Assembly: GCA_040384725.1 (NCBI GenBank) | Contig: JAZKIS010000002.1 | Span: forward strand, 7,682 to 71,681 | Length of the DNA: 64,000 nt | Source: Patescibacteria group bacterium | Lineage (GTDB): Bacteria; Patescibacteriota; Minisyncoccia; Phycocordibacterales; Phycocordibacteraceae | Direction of reading: 5' to 3' | Shown here: one piece after another, positions 48,521 through 57,411 of the stretch | Layout: each line of letters starts with the position of its first letter | How positions within the stretch are numbered: position 1 is the stretch's first letter | Position numbers and translations under genes: made by a program | Notes under the pieces: model-generated | Database searches by the model: none | The model's input: only the letters and a program-made list of their open reading frames with translations | What the model was told of the DNA's origin: nothing

Positions 48521-49147
48521 ATGGCCGAAGATATTGCGATCGGCTGCAACCTTGCAGCTGGTCTGCTTGTTCTCGTCGCGTTTGCGGTCTACAACCTCAA
48601 AGACGCCAAGATCAGCACCGGCACCTGGATCATCCTCGCGTTTGGAGATTCGCTCGACCTCGCGTCGTACTTCGAAATGACCGACGAGTGGTGGAAATCC
48701 ATCGTTCCCGCCGCCTTCGCCTTGGGAAGCATCCTCACCTTCGGGATTGGGTGCATCCGGAGACGTTTCTCGTGGCCCGACGGCTATGACTGGTTCATCG
48801 TTCTACTCGATGTGGCCATCATCGGCGTCTGGTCGTGGTCCGAGACGAGAGGGATGCCGTTCAGCATCGGATCGTACGAGTTTGCCCCGCCCGCGGCGGC
48901 AAACCTGGCGCTCCAGGCAACGGCGGTGATCGCCTTCATTCCGATGTATCGAGGCCTACTGACCGGAAGGGAGCGTGAACATGCGTTGCCGTGGGTCCTG
49001 TGGACCTCCGCCTTCGTACTGTTCTGCATCTCGTCCGTATCCACCTTCAGCACTGTCGAAGAAGTGGCATATCCGGTCGTGGGACTTCTTACCCACGCGC
49101 TGGTAGCCGCAATCGCGTTTGCTGCTATCAAGCCCCTCCGCACCTAA
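48521..49147 (+). CDS. Accessory multi-pass membrane protein
   Basis: TTGCAA-16-TATAGT promoter, SD AGGAGG, 6-7 TM segments. Confidence 0.75.
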   Translation: MAEDIAIGCNLAAGLLVLVAFAVYNLKDAKISTGTWIILAFGDSLDLASYFEMTDEWWKSIVPAAFALGSILTFGIGCIRRRFSWPDGYDWFIVLLDVAIIGVWSWSETRGMPFSIGSYEFAPPAAANLALQATAVIAFIPMYRGLLTGREREHALPWVLWTSAFVLFCISSVSTFSTVEEVAYPVVGLLTHALVAAIAFAAIKPLRT

Positions 49148-49204
49148 TTGGCGGAGGGGTTTCTGCATACGGCATGGTATAATAACGACATTAAGTGATT
49201 TTCA

Positions 49205-49408
49205 ATGAAATCGACCTTTATTTACATTGGTTTGTTCCTGGCAATCTGCATCTCGATGTACTTTATGTACGAGCGATCCTTCGTGACCCGTGACTTTGAA
49301 GTAGTGAATTCCGAAGAAGCTTCTGTGGAAGAGGAACTGGCACCAGAGGAAGTCGTTCCTGAAGAAGAGGAAATGTTACAAGCCGAGATTAGCGAGATCG
49401 AAGAATAG
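49205..49408 (+). CDS. Small single-TM protein with acidic tail
   Basis: TGGTATAAT upstream; TM followed by Glu-rich tail. Confidence 0.6.
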   Translation: MKSTFIYIGLFLAICISMYFMYERSFVTRDFEVVNSEEASVEEELAPEEVVPEEEEMLQAEISEIEE

Positions 49409-49423
49409 CCCGATCACGACAAT

Positions 49424-50500
49424 ATGAAAGATTCTTCTCCAGTTTGGTCTTGCAACGAATGGGATCCTCTCGAGGAAGTGATCGTTGGCAGCGTCGAGGG
49501 AGCGATTGTGCCTGAGCTGGATGAGGCAGTGGATGCCATCATGCCCGAGCATGCAGAATGGTTCTTCAGGGAGTATGGAGGAAAGCCCTTTCCCGAGGAC
49601 ATGATTCAAAAGGCGACGGTCGAGCTCGACAACCTCTCGAACGTTCTTTCTGATCTTGGCGTAACGGTCAGGCGGCCTGAGCCAATGGCGTTCTCAGAAG
49701 AATACAAGACGCCGTGGTGGAAAAGCTACGGCCTCTATGCTGCCATGCCTCGTGACGTGTTTATGGTCTTCGGGGATACGATCATTGAAGCCCCGATGGC
49801 ATGGAGGAGCCGCTACTTCGAGCATTTCTCGTACCGAACACTCATGAACGAGTACTTCGATAAGGGCGGCCGCTGGCTTGTTGCTCCTAAGTCAACCATG
49901 GGTGCCGGGTTCTACGATGAGTCGTATGATTCAAACAACCCAACCACTAAGGACGGCAAGAAGCGCTTTGTTATTACAGAGAACGAGATAGCGTTCGACG
50001 CGGCAGATTTCATTCGCTGCGGAAAGGATGTGTTTGTTCAGAAGAGCAACGTGACGAACGAGAAGGGCATCGAGTGGGTGCGTCGGCATGCCGGCTCAGA
50101 ATTTACGATCCATGAAGTGGAGTTCGGCGACTCGCATCCGATGCATATAGACACGACTATCGTCCCCCTCGCGCCTGGAAAGATCCTCATCAACCCTGAG
50201 TGGGTTAAGAAGCTTCCGCCTATATTTGATTCGTGGGATGTGCTCGTTGCGCCGCCTCCAACCAAGTCTGAGGATAAGGCCCTCTATTTCTCTAGCGACT
50301 GGCTTACGATTAACACGCTTAGCGTTGACGAGAAGCGTATCATCGTTGAAGAACAGGAAACGCCGCTCATTGAGGCGCTCAAGGGGTGGGGATTTGAACC
50401 GATTCCTGTGCCGTTTAGGAACTTCTACCCCTTCGGAGGATCGGTACACTGCGCAACCCTCGATGTCCGCCGTAAGGGTATCCTGAAGTCCTACTTCTAA
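49424..50500 (+). CDS. Amidinotransferase (glycine / inosamine-phosphate amidinotransferase family)
   Basis: NEWDPLEEVIVG, MPRD, EAPMAWRSRYFE, FDAAD, HIDTT, GGSVHCAT; catalytic Asp-His-Cys present. Confidence 0.93.
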   Translation: MKDSSPVWSCNEWDPLEEVIVGSVEGAIVPELDEAVDAIMPEHAEWFFREYGGKPFPEDMIQKATVELDNLSNVLSDLGVTVRRPEPMAFSEEYKTPWWKSYGLYAAMPRDVFMVFGDTIIEAPMAWRSRYFEHFSYRTLMNEYFDKGGRWLVAPKSTMGAGFYDESYDSNNPTTKDGKKRFVITENEIAFDAADFIRCGKDVFVQKSNVTNEKGIEWVRRHAGSEFTIHEVEFGDSHPMHIDTTIVPLAPGKILINPEWVKKLPPIFDSWDVLVAPPPTKSEDKALYFSSDWLTINTLSVDEKRIIVEEQETPLIEALKGWGFEPIPVPFRNFYPFGGSVHCATLDVRRKGILKSYF

Positions 50501-50586
50501 CCGAACTCCGGTTCAGGCCGTGTGGTATCATTCGGCCAACAAAAGTTTATCCGCCCTAGAGACTTACGATATTAATTTCGACGCAT

Positions 50587-51432
50587 ATGGACATGGACGA
50601 AGCATTTAGCTCCATAGATCTTGTAACGCAGTGTCTTACCGACAAGAAGCGTACGGATAAGTTTCAAACGGTTATCGATCGGGTCGTAAAGCCGGGAGAT
50701 GTAGTGCTCGACTCCGGCACGGGTTCAGGTGTGCTTGCCCTCATGGCGGCGAGGGCTGGAGCTAAGAAAGTTTTCGCGATTGAGTACGACCCCTATATTG
50801 CGAAGCTCGCAGCGCAAAGCGTTCTCCTGAACGGCTTCTCTGATGTTGTCGACATCGTGGTCGGTGACGTGAGGAACGTTAATTTCCCGAAGGATACGGT
50901 CTTCGATGTCGTTATCATGGAAATGCTCACCACCGGCATGATTGATGAGTACCAGGTGTGGACCATGAATAATCTCCATGCGAAGGGATACATAACTAAG
51001 GAGACGCGTCTCATACCGCAGAGACAGGATACGTATATCTCTCTCGCTAACGCGGACTTCACTAACTACGGCCTCACCATGCGTATGGTGCGCCACATCT
51101 GGGAGCCGCACAGCACGATCGATTTGAGCATTCTTACGAAGACGGAGCTATTGAATTCGATTGCGTTCAATACTACGAATTCACTATCTTCCAATACGAT
51201 TACGGTCTTTACGGCGGAAAAGGCAGGAACGGTCAACAGTGTCTATATTACGAGCAAGACCATACTCGACGAAGAGACCGAGGTCGGTGATACGGCTGCC
51301 CTTAACGCACCGGTGGTGTGGCCGCTCGAGAAGGATATTGAGGTTGAAAAGGGCGATTCGCTCGAGGTTGCGATCAATTACAGTTTTGGCGGCGGTTTCC
51401 GCAACTTCAGCGTTCAGGTCCGCAAACTATAG
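50587..51432 (+). CDS. PRMT-like SAM-dependent methyltransferase
   Basis: VVLDSGTGSGVLALMAARAGAKKVFAIE; DVVIMEMLTTGMIDE double-E-like loop; LIP. Confidence 0.8.
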   Translation: MDMDEAFSSIDLVTQCLTDKKRTDKFQTVIDRVVKPGDVVLDSGTGSGVLALMAARAGAKKVFAIEYDPYIAKLAAQSVLLNGFSDVVDIVVGDVRNVNFPKDTVFDVVIMEMLTTGMIDEYQVWTMNNLHAKGYITKETRLIPQRQDTYISLANADFTNYGLTMRMVRHIWEPHSTIDLSILTKTELLNSIAFNTTNSLSSNTITVFTAEKAGTVNSVYITSKTILDEETEVGDTAALNAPVVWPLEKDIEVEKGDSLEVAINYSFGGGFRNFSVQVRKL

Positions 51433-51447
51433 GGTATACTTTTTTCA

Positions 51448-53064
51448 ATGGATTTATTGTGTCCTTGGGAAGCTCCGCAATATTTGATCTTCTCGTCAAA
51501 TATTCCTACGCTCCATTACTATTCTCACCTGGTCGCCATTCTTGCGGCGGTAGTGTTCGCATTCGCACTCATCGGTCGCTTCCGAGAAAGCAGCACCGTG
51601 CGCTGGCTCTTCGTTACAATCTTCCTCTTCTCTATCTGGACGGCGATCGACACGCTGCTGTGGGCATCCAACAGGCCTGACCTGGTTCTATTCCTTTGGA
51701 ATACACAGATACTGCTCGAAGCACTCTTCTACGCTTCTGCATTCTGCTTATCCTACGCATTCATTACCAACAAGGATCCGGGAGCGATTAACGTGTCACT
51801 TCTGGCCGTCCTGGTTCTGCCTATCATTGCCGTTATACCGACGGGCCATGCGCTGGAAGGGATAGATATTGCATACTGCAATGCGCTTGAGACGCCATTC
51901 ATTATTTTCTACACCTATGCGGTGCAGATACTGATCGCGCTTTCCATCCTGTTCCTAACCTTTAGAGAGTCGGCCCGTTCGCAGGGCCGCGCGCTACCCA
52001 TACAGCTCTTTGCTGCAGGCATGATCATCTTCCTGATCGCGTTCTCTTCGGGCAATATCATCGGAAGCATTACGGATGACTGGGAGCTGGCTCAGGCCGG
52101 TCTTCTGGGAATGCCTATATTCATCGGATTCCTCGCCTACACAACGGTTAGGTTTAGGACATTCAACGTTAAGATCCTTGGAGCGCAGGCGCTCGTGGTG
52201 TCACTCTGGCTCGTTACGTTCTTCCAGCTTTTCGTAAGGTCTGTCGAGAACATGCGACTCATCATCGGCGTGAATCTGGTGCTCTTCAGTATCATCGGGT
52301 ATTTCCTTATAAAGGGCGTGCGCAGGGAGGTCCAGCAGCGCGAACGAATTCAGGTGCTTGCCGCAGATCTTGAGAAGGCAAACAAGCAGCAGGTCACCCT
52401 TATCCACTTCATCACGCACCAGATCAAGGGCTTCGTTACTAAGTCACGCAACATATTCTCGCTTATGCGTGAAGGTGATCTCGGTCCGATCCCTGAAGCG
52501 ATGAAGCCTATGATCGAGGAAGGATTCCGCTCTGATACGAAGGGCGTGACGACTATTCAGGAGATCCTCAACGCCGCTAACATCAAGAGCGGGAAGGTGA
52601 CCTACAGCAAGGAGCCGTTCGATCTGAAGGCGCTTATCGATGAGATTCTCCAAGATCTCAAAGCCGCCGCCGACGCTAAAGGTCTCGTCCTCCAGACAAA
52701 CACCGGCGATACGCCTCTCATGTACCCAGGAGATAAGGCGCAGCTCACGAACGCGCTTAAGAACCTTATCGACAACTCGATCAAGTACACCATGCAGGGT
52801 GAGGTTCGCGTTACGCTTGCACAAGAGGCCGGCAAGGCTCGCTTCACCGTAGAGGACACCGGTGTCGGTATCACTCCCGAGGATATGGCGCATCTCTTTA
52901 CCGAGGGCGGTCACGGAGCGAACTCAGCGAAAATAAACGTTGAGTCCACAGGCTTCGGTCTCTACATCGTGAAGAACATCGTCGAGGCGCATAACGGCAA
53001 GGTCTGGGCGGAATCAGACGGGGAGGGCAAGGGTTCCCGATTCATCGTTGAGCTTCCGGTATAG
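51448..53064 (+). CDS. Multi-TM sensor histidine kinase
   Basis: Many TMs; ITHQIK H-box, NLIDNSIKYT, DTGVGI, GFGLY. Confidence 0.92.
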   Translation: MDLLCPWEAPQYLIFSSNIPTLHYYSHLVAILAAVVFAFALIGRFRESSTVRWLFVTIFLFSIWTAIDTLLWASNRPDLVLFLWNTQILLEALFYASAFCLSYAFITNKDPGAINVSLLAVLVLPIIAVIPTGHALEGIDIAYCNALETPFIIFYTYAVQILIALSILFLTFRESARSQGRALPIQLFAAGMIIFLIAFSSGNIIGSITDDWELAQAGLLGMPIFIGFLAYTTVRFRTFNVKILGAQALVVSLWLVTFFQLFVRSVENMRLIIGVNLVLFSIIGYFLIKGVRREVQQRERIQVLAADLEKANKQQVTLIHFITHQIKGFVTKSRNIFSLMREGDLGPIPEAMKPMIEEGFRSDTKGVTTIQEILNAANIKSGKVTYSKEPFDLKALIDEILQDLKAAADAKGLVLQTNTGDTPLMYPGDKAQLTNALKNLIDNSIKYTMQGEVRVTLAQEAGKARFTVEDTGVGITPEDMAHLFTEGGHGANSAKINVESTGFGLYIVKNIVEAHNGKVWAESDGEGKGSRFIVELPV

Positions 53065-53069
53065 ATAGA

Positions 53070-53103
53070 AGAAGCCGCTCCCTAGGGAGCGGCTTTCAGT
53101 TTG
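53070..53103. terminator. Terminator between convergent genes
   Basis: AAGCCGCTCC-CTAG-GGAGCGGCTT. Confidence 0.85.
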
Positions 53104-53109
53104 AATTCA

Positions 53110-53763
53110 TCAGGGTTGTTGGTTAGTTTCTTTCGTTACGCGCTTGCGTTGCAGCGCCGTGAGTTTCGGGAGCGTTCTTGAGGATTGGTACTTCCCCCAG
53201 ACACGCTCCCAATCCTCGCGGAAGCACTCGAGGACGAGCACGTCGACGTAGGCGCCTTCGTGAAAATCATGGGCCTTCCTGCGACCGATGATCTTATAAC
53301 CGCACTTCAAGAGGTGTCCGAGGCTCGGCGCATTGAACGCCTTCACCTCGGACAAGAGCTTGCGCAGCCCGAGGATCTTGAACGCGTGATACTGCATCCA
53401 GAGCTTCGCTTCAGTACCGTATCCTTTCTCGCGCGCGTTATCAGCGCCGAGCACGGATCCGGTTGTAGCATGTCCCGAGGGCCACTCCACATCGTGGATG
53501 CCCGCGTGTCCGAGATAGCGGTACTCCCGACCCGTCTCCGTGTCCTCGTGCGCGAGGACCGCGAAGACTTCGTGCACGCCTTTGCCCTTACGGAGCTTTT
53601 CGATCCATTCGTCGAAGTCTTCGGGGTAGTAGGGCGGGCGCTGGAGCGTTCCGCTGATCGCGGTGCGCCGGTTGGGCCACGGAAGGTACTCCGGGCCGTA
53701 CATGCGCTGCATAAGGGCCAGCGACATGGTTATGCCTTCATACGCGATGATATGCGTAGCCAT
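53110..53763 (-). CDS. RimJ/RimL-type GNAT N-acetyltransferase
   Basis: REKGYGTEA acetyl-CoA motif, LGLRKL, FNAPS...KCGY. Confidence 0.88.
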   Translation of the reverse strand: MATHIIAYEGITMSLALMQRMYGPEYLPWPNRRTAISGTLQRPPYYPEDFDEWIEKLRKGKGVHEVFAVLAHEDTETGREYRYLGHAGIHDVEWPSGHATTGSVLGADNAREKGYGTEAKLWMQYHAFKILGLRKLLSEVKAFNAPSLGHLLKCGYKIIGRRKAHDFHEGAYVDVLVLECFREDWERVWGKYQSSRTLPKLTALQRKRVTKETNQQP

Positions 53764-53796
53764 CGTGTGTTCCTTTCAAAGAACGTGCTCTGCTCC

Positions 53797-53836
53797 AAAA
53801 ACGAGAAAACCTCGGCTTCTGCAGAGCCGAGGTTTT
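53797..53836 (-). terminator. Leader (attenuator-type) terminator upstream of the GNAT gene
   Basis: AAAACCTCGGCT / AGCCGAGGTTTT hairpin followed on the minus strand by CTCGTTTTT. Confidence 0.75.
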
Positions 53837-53870
53837 TCTTTACGGAAACGTGGGGAAAGAAGAATCGCGG

Positions 53871-53951
53871 CTATGCATAAGCAACAGAAAAGGCGAGGTC
53901 GGTGAGGACCTTCGACATGATCTGCTCTGCATATCCGCGGTTGTTCATCAT
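53871..53951 (-). CDS. Putative leader peptide MMNNRGYAEQIMSKVLTDLAFSVAYA
   Basis: ATG lies 6 nt after a TTGACA-16-TATTCT promoter; stop lies ~35 nt before the terminator. Confidence 0.55.
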   Translation of the reverse strand: MMNNRGYAEQIMSKVLTDLAFSVAYA

Positions 53952-54068
53952 GCACATAGAATATAAGAAAGTGCGCTTATGTCAAGAAATATTTTGACTA
54001 GTAGCTGAAATACTGTTATTCTGCGCCGAGATGTGCATTTCGTGCATTGATAGCTGAGAGGAAGCAGG

Positions 54069-54809
54069 ATGAAAGACGTGAGAGAGACCGCTACTGCTGT
54101 GGCGGGGAGAGTCGTTGAGCTGTTCCCGGGCAAACGGGTGCAGCCGCGGCTCAGCAATATGAGTCCCTTCACCCACGACGACGGTACGTTGTGGGGCATG
54201 GCCTTCGACGGCGGCGATTCCTCTCAGCGTAGGGGGATTGAGAAAATCCAGGATGCGTTCGGGATTACCGGCCAACGCTCCCTCGGAGAAGGGATGGATT
54301 CCGCGAAGCTTACCGGCATCGGAAACCGTTCCATCCAGGTACGTCCGAGTCCGTCGCGGCTTCGCAACAGCTACGATATGGACACGGGCATCCATGTCGT
54401 CAGCTACAACATGGAGTTGCCCGAGGGTCTCAATCTCGAGAAAGGCGCCGTTCAAGGGCTCTGGAACAAGAGCTCTTTCCTTTTCGTCAGCCAAGACGAC
54501 GAAAAGGACCACCTTCGGGTGGTGGAGAAAGCGCTCCGGCGCTTGGACGCGGCGATCTTCCTGTCCGACAAGAAGGCGTTCGGCTTCTTCATCCCGTCTG
54601 TGGCGCCTGCCTGGTTCCTGGACAAACTCAACGATCGAGACGTGAGGGAAGTGCAGGCTCGGCACAAGAGGCTCGAAGACGAAGAGAAGGCCCGTCTCGA
54701 GAAGCAGAACTTCGACGCCGACTGGAAGGGCGACAGCATCCTCGATGCTGAAAGCCCGAGGGAGCCGGCACAGCCAGCGACCGGCGGCGCCGAAACCAAG
54801 GCCGCGTAG
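54069..54809 (+). CDS. Accessory hypothetical protein
   Basis: TTGACT-17-TATTCT promoter, GAGG SD, terminator at ~54830-54870. Confidence 0.75.
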   Translation: MKDVRETATAVAGRVVELFPGKRVQPRLSNMSPFTHDDGTLWGMAFDGGDSSQRRGIEKIQDAFGITGQRSLGEGMDSAKLTGIGNRSIQVRPSPSRLRNSYDMDTGIHVVSYNMELPEGLNLEKGAVQGLWNKSSFLFVSQDDEKDHLRVVEKALRRLDAAIFLSDKKAFGFFIPSVAPAWFLDKLNDRDVREVQARHKRLEDEEKARLEKQNFDADWKGDSILDAESPREPAQPATGGAETKAA

Positions 54810-54892
54810 AACGCGCGGCAGACAACACATCCGCGAGGAGAAGCTACGGCTTCCCTCGCGGATTTTTCTTTTCCCTCTGCTATACTCGCTTC

Positions 54893-56143
54893 ATGAACCT
54901 GGCGGATGAACTCGAAGCACGCGGCCTTATAGAGCACGTTTCAGCACCACTTGAGACCATCCTTAAGGAGAAGCGCACGGTATATCTCGGGGTCGATCCG
55001 TCTGCGGATTCGATGCACGCAGGGAACCTGCTCGTGGTGCTGATGATGAAGCGGCTCGCGCTCGCGGGGCATAAGATCATGCTCCTCGTCGGCGGAGGGA
55101 CCGGTATGATCGGCGATCCGCGCGAGAGCGGAGAGCGCGTGCTTTCCGATAGGAAGGTCGTCGAGAGGAACAAGAAGGCACTGAAGGCTCAGATGCAAAG
55201 GATCGTGGGCACGAACGTGACCGTTGTCGACAATGCTGACTGGCTCCTCAAGGTGCACCTCATCGATTTCCTCCGGGACATCGGGAAGCACTTCACGGTG
55301 AACGAGCTCGTGAAGCGCGACATCATAAAACGCAGGCTCGAGAATCCAGACGACAGCATCTCCTATACCGAGTTCGCCTACTCCTTGCTGCAGGGGTACG
55401 ACTACCTCGTCCTTAACAAGGAAAAGGGTGTTGATCTCCAGGTAGGGGCGAGTGATCAGTGGACTAACATCCTTTCTGGCGTAGAACTTATTCGACGCAA
55501 GGAAGGAAAGACCGCATACGCGCTCTGTACACCGCTTGTTACGGACTCGACCGGAAAGAAGTTCGGCAAATCGGAAGGGAATGCTATCTGGCTCGATGCC
55601 GAGAAGACCTCGCCCTACGCGTTCTACCAGTTCTGGCTCAATCAGCCGGACGACATGGTGGGAACGTACCTGAAGATGTTTACGTTCCTTCCTATCGAGG
55701 AAATCGATACGCTTCTCGACTGGCATAAGGACAATGCACAGGCACGAAAGGCGCAGAGAACGCTCGCGCACGCCGTAACCGAGCTCGTGCATGGCGTCCG
55801 TGCCGCTGACGCTGCAGCGTCGGCCTCGAGCGCGCTCTTTGGCGAGATGGCACTCTCTGAGCTCGATCAAAGCGCGCGCTCTATAGTACTGAAAGAGGCT
55901 CCGACGCTTTCAGTGCTGAAGAGGGATCTCGCGCATGGCCTCACCGTCCTTGACGCTCTCGCGACGAGCCCGCTCAGCTCCTCTAAATCAGATGCCCGGC
56001 GGCTTATCGAAGGCAAGGGCGTGAGCCTGAACGGCATAAGTGTCGACTCGACCGATCAGAAGCTTGCTGAAGGCGATTTCTCGGGCGGGCTCGGGCTCCT
56101 TAAGAAAGGAAAGCGGGAGATGTGCATCCTCGTTTTGAAATAG
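54893..56143 (+). CDS. tyrS: Tyrosine--tRNA ligase
   Basis: GVDPSADSMHAGN, LLQGYD, KFGKSEG, C-terminal S4-like domain. Confidence 0.97.
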   Translation: MNLADELEARGLIEHVSAPLETILKEKRTVYLGVDPSADSMHAGNLLVVLMMKRLALAGHKIMLLVGGGTGMIGDPRESGERVLSDRKVVERNKKALKAQMQRIVGTNVTVVDNADWLLKVHLIDFLRDIGKHFTVNELVKRDIIKRRLENPDDSISYTEFAYSLLQGYDYLVLNKEKGVDLQVGASDQWTNILSGVELIRRKEGKTAYALCTPLVTDSTGKKFGKSEGNAIWLDAEKTSPYAFYQFWLNQPDDMVGTYLKMFTFLPIEEIDTLLDWHKDNAQARKAQRTLAHAVTELVHGVRAADAAASASSALFGEMALSELDQSARSIVLKEAPTLSVLKRDLAHGLTVLDALATSPLSSSKSDARRLIEGKGVSLNGISVDSTDQKLAEGDFSGGLGLLKKGKREMCILVLK

Positions 56144-56172
56144 ATACGGCATATCGTATACTCGGGCGTATT

Positions 56173-56258
56173 GCGTCGGTGGTAGAGTGGTCAATTACAA
56201 CAGGCTGTAAACCTGTCGGCTTCGGCCTTCGTTGGTTCGAATCCAACCCGGCGCACCA
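56173..56258 (+). tRNA. tRNA-Tyr(GUA)
   Basis: Acceptor GCGTCGG/CCGGCGC, anticodon arm ACAGG-CTGTAAA-CCTGT, long variable arm, GGTTCGAATCC, encoded CCA. Confidence 0.97.
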
Positions 56259-56260
56259 TA

Positions 56261-56286
56261 GAAAAGGCCTCCTTGGAGGCCTTTTC
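56261..56286 (+). terminator. Terminator after tRNA-Tyr
   Basis: GAAAAGGCCTCC-TT-GGAGGCCTTTTC. Confidence 0.85.
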
Positions 56287-56315
56287 GCGTCTCCTTGGCG
56301 TGGTATCGTAGCGGT

Positions 56316-57272
56316 ATGGAATCAGACAAGCCCATCCTCCTTTCCGGCATCAAGCCGACCGGAGCCGCTCATATCGGAAATTACTTCGGCGCTATCAAGC
56401 AGTGGAAGGAATTCCAGACGGTAGGCTCTCATCAGTGCTACTTCATGATCGCCGACTATCATGCGCTCAATTTCGTGCAGAGCGCAGGCGATATGCGCGA
56501 CCTCACGCGCGACCTTGTCCTCACCTATCTCGCCGCGGGCATCAATCCCGAGAAAGTGGTCCTTTTCAAGCAGTCTGACGTGCCGGCGCACACCGAGCTC
56601 GCGTGGATATTCGACACCATCACCACGATGCCGTACCTCGAGCGGGCGCATGCGTATAAGGACGCAGAAGCGAAGGGCAAGGAAGTATCGGTAGGCACTT
56701 TCAACTATCCGATGCTCATGGCAGCGGACATCCTGCTCTATGACGCGGCTCGCGTTCCCGTTGGCCAGGACCAGAAGCAGCACATCGAGTATGCCCGCGA
56801 TACCGCGGAGAAGTTCAACCGTATCTACGGGGACACGTTCACCCTTCCTGAGGAGTTCATCATTCCGGAAGTGGCTACCGTGCCCGGCGTCAACGGCCGC
56901 AAGATGAGCAAGAGCTACAGCAACACCATCCCGCTCTTCTCCACGCGCCATGAGATCGAAGACCTCGTGATGAGCATCGTTACGGACTCCTCGGGAGACA
57001 GACCGGAGAATGTCTATGCCATCCACAGGCTCCTTAAGACCGAGCGCGAGCTCGATGCGCTCTATGACGAGCACCAAGGACGGTACAAGGCGCTCAAGGA
57101 GGCTCTTGTCGAAGACCTCGATGCATTCATCAAGCCGCTTCGCGAGAAGTATCACGAGCTCGCATCAGATCCACGCACCGTAGAGGACGTGCTGGAGAAG
57201 GGCGGTCAGCTGGCGCGCGAGCGGGCGAACGCGAAGATTGAGCAGGTGCGAAGGGCTGTAGGTGTTAGCTGA
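56316..57272 (+). CDS. trpS: Tryptophan--tRNA ligase
   Basis: SGIKPTG, HIGNY, YPMLMAADILLY, VPVGQDQ, KMSKS. Confidence 0.98.
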   Translation: MESDKPILLSGIKPTGAAHIGNYFGAIKQWKEFQTVGSHQCYFMIADYHALNFVQSAGDMRDLTRDLVLTYLAAGINPEKVVLFKQSDVPAHTELAWIFDTITTMPYLERAHAYKDAEAKGKEVSVGTFNYPMLMAADILLYDAARVPVGQDQKQHIEYARDTAEKFNRIYGDTFTLPEEFIIPEVATVPGVNGRKMSKSYSNTIPLFSTRHEIEDLVMSIVTDSSGDRPENVYAIHRLLKTERELDALYDEHQGRYKALKEALVEDLDAFIKPLREKYHELASDPRTVEDVLEKGGQLARERANAKIEQVRRAVGVS

Positions 57273-57276
57273 TACC

Positions 57277-57411
57277 ATGGGTTCTGATACAGGTACAGAA
57301 GAACTACTCGCTGCGATCGAGTTGCGTGCTCGTGAGAAGATTGATACGGCTGCACAGGAACTCGAGCATCAACTAACGCTCGCAGAGGCTGAACTACGCT
57401 ATGGAGCATGA
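57277..57411 (+). CDS. Putative 44-aa helical microprotein (not in the ORF track)
   Basis: MGSDTGTEELLAAIELRAREKIDTAAQELEHQLTLAEAELRYGA fills the gap and overlaps the next start. Confidence 0.45.
   Translation: MGSDTGTEELLAAIELRAREKIDTAAQELEHQLTLAEAELRYGA

Noticed and set aside
56173-56300. tRNA-Tyr as an island integration site
   Set aside because: It is flanked directly by tyrS and trpS, with no integrase and no duplicated tRNA-Tyr 3' end seen.
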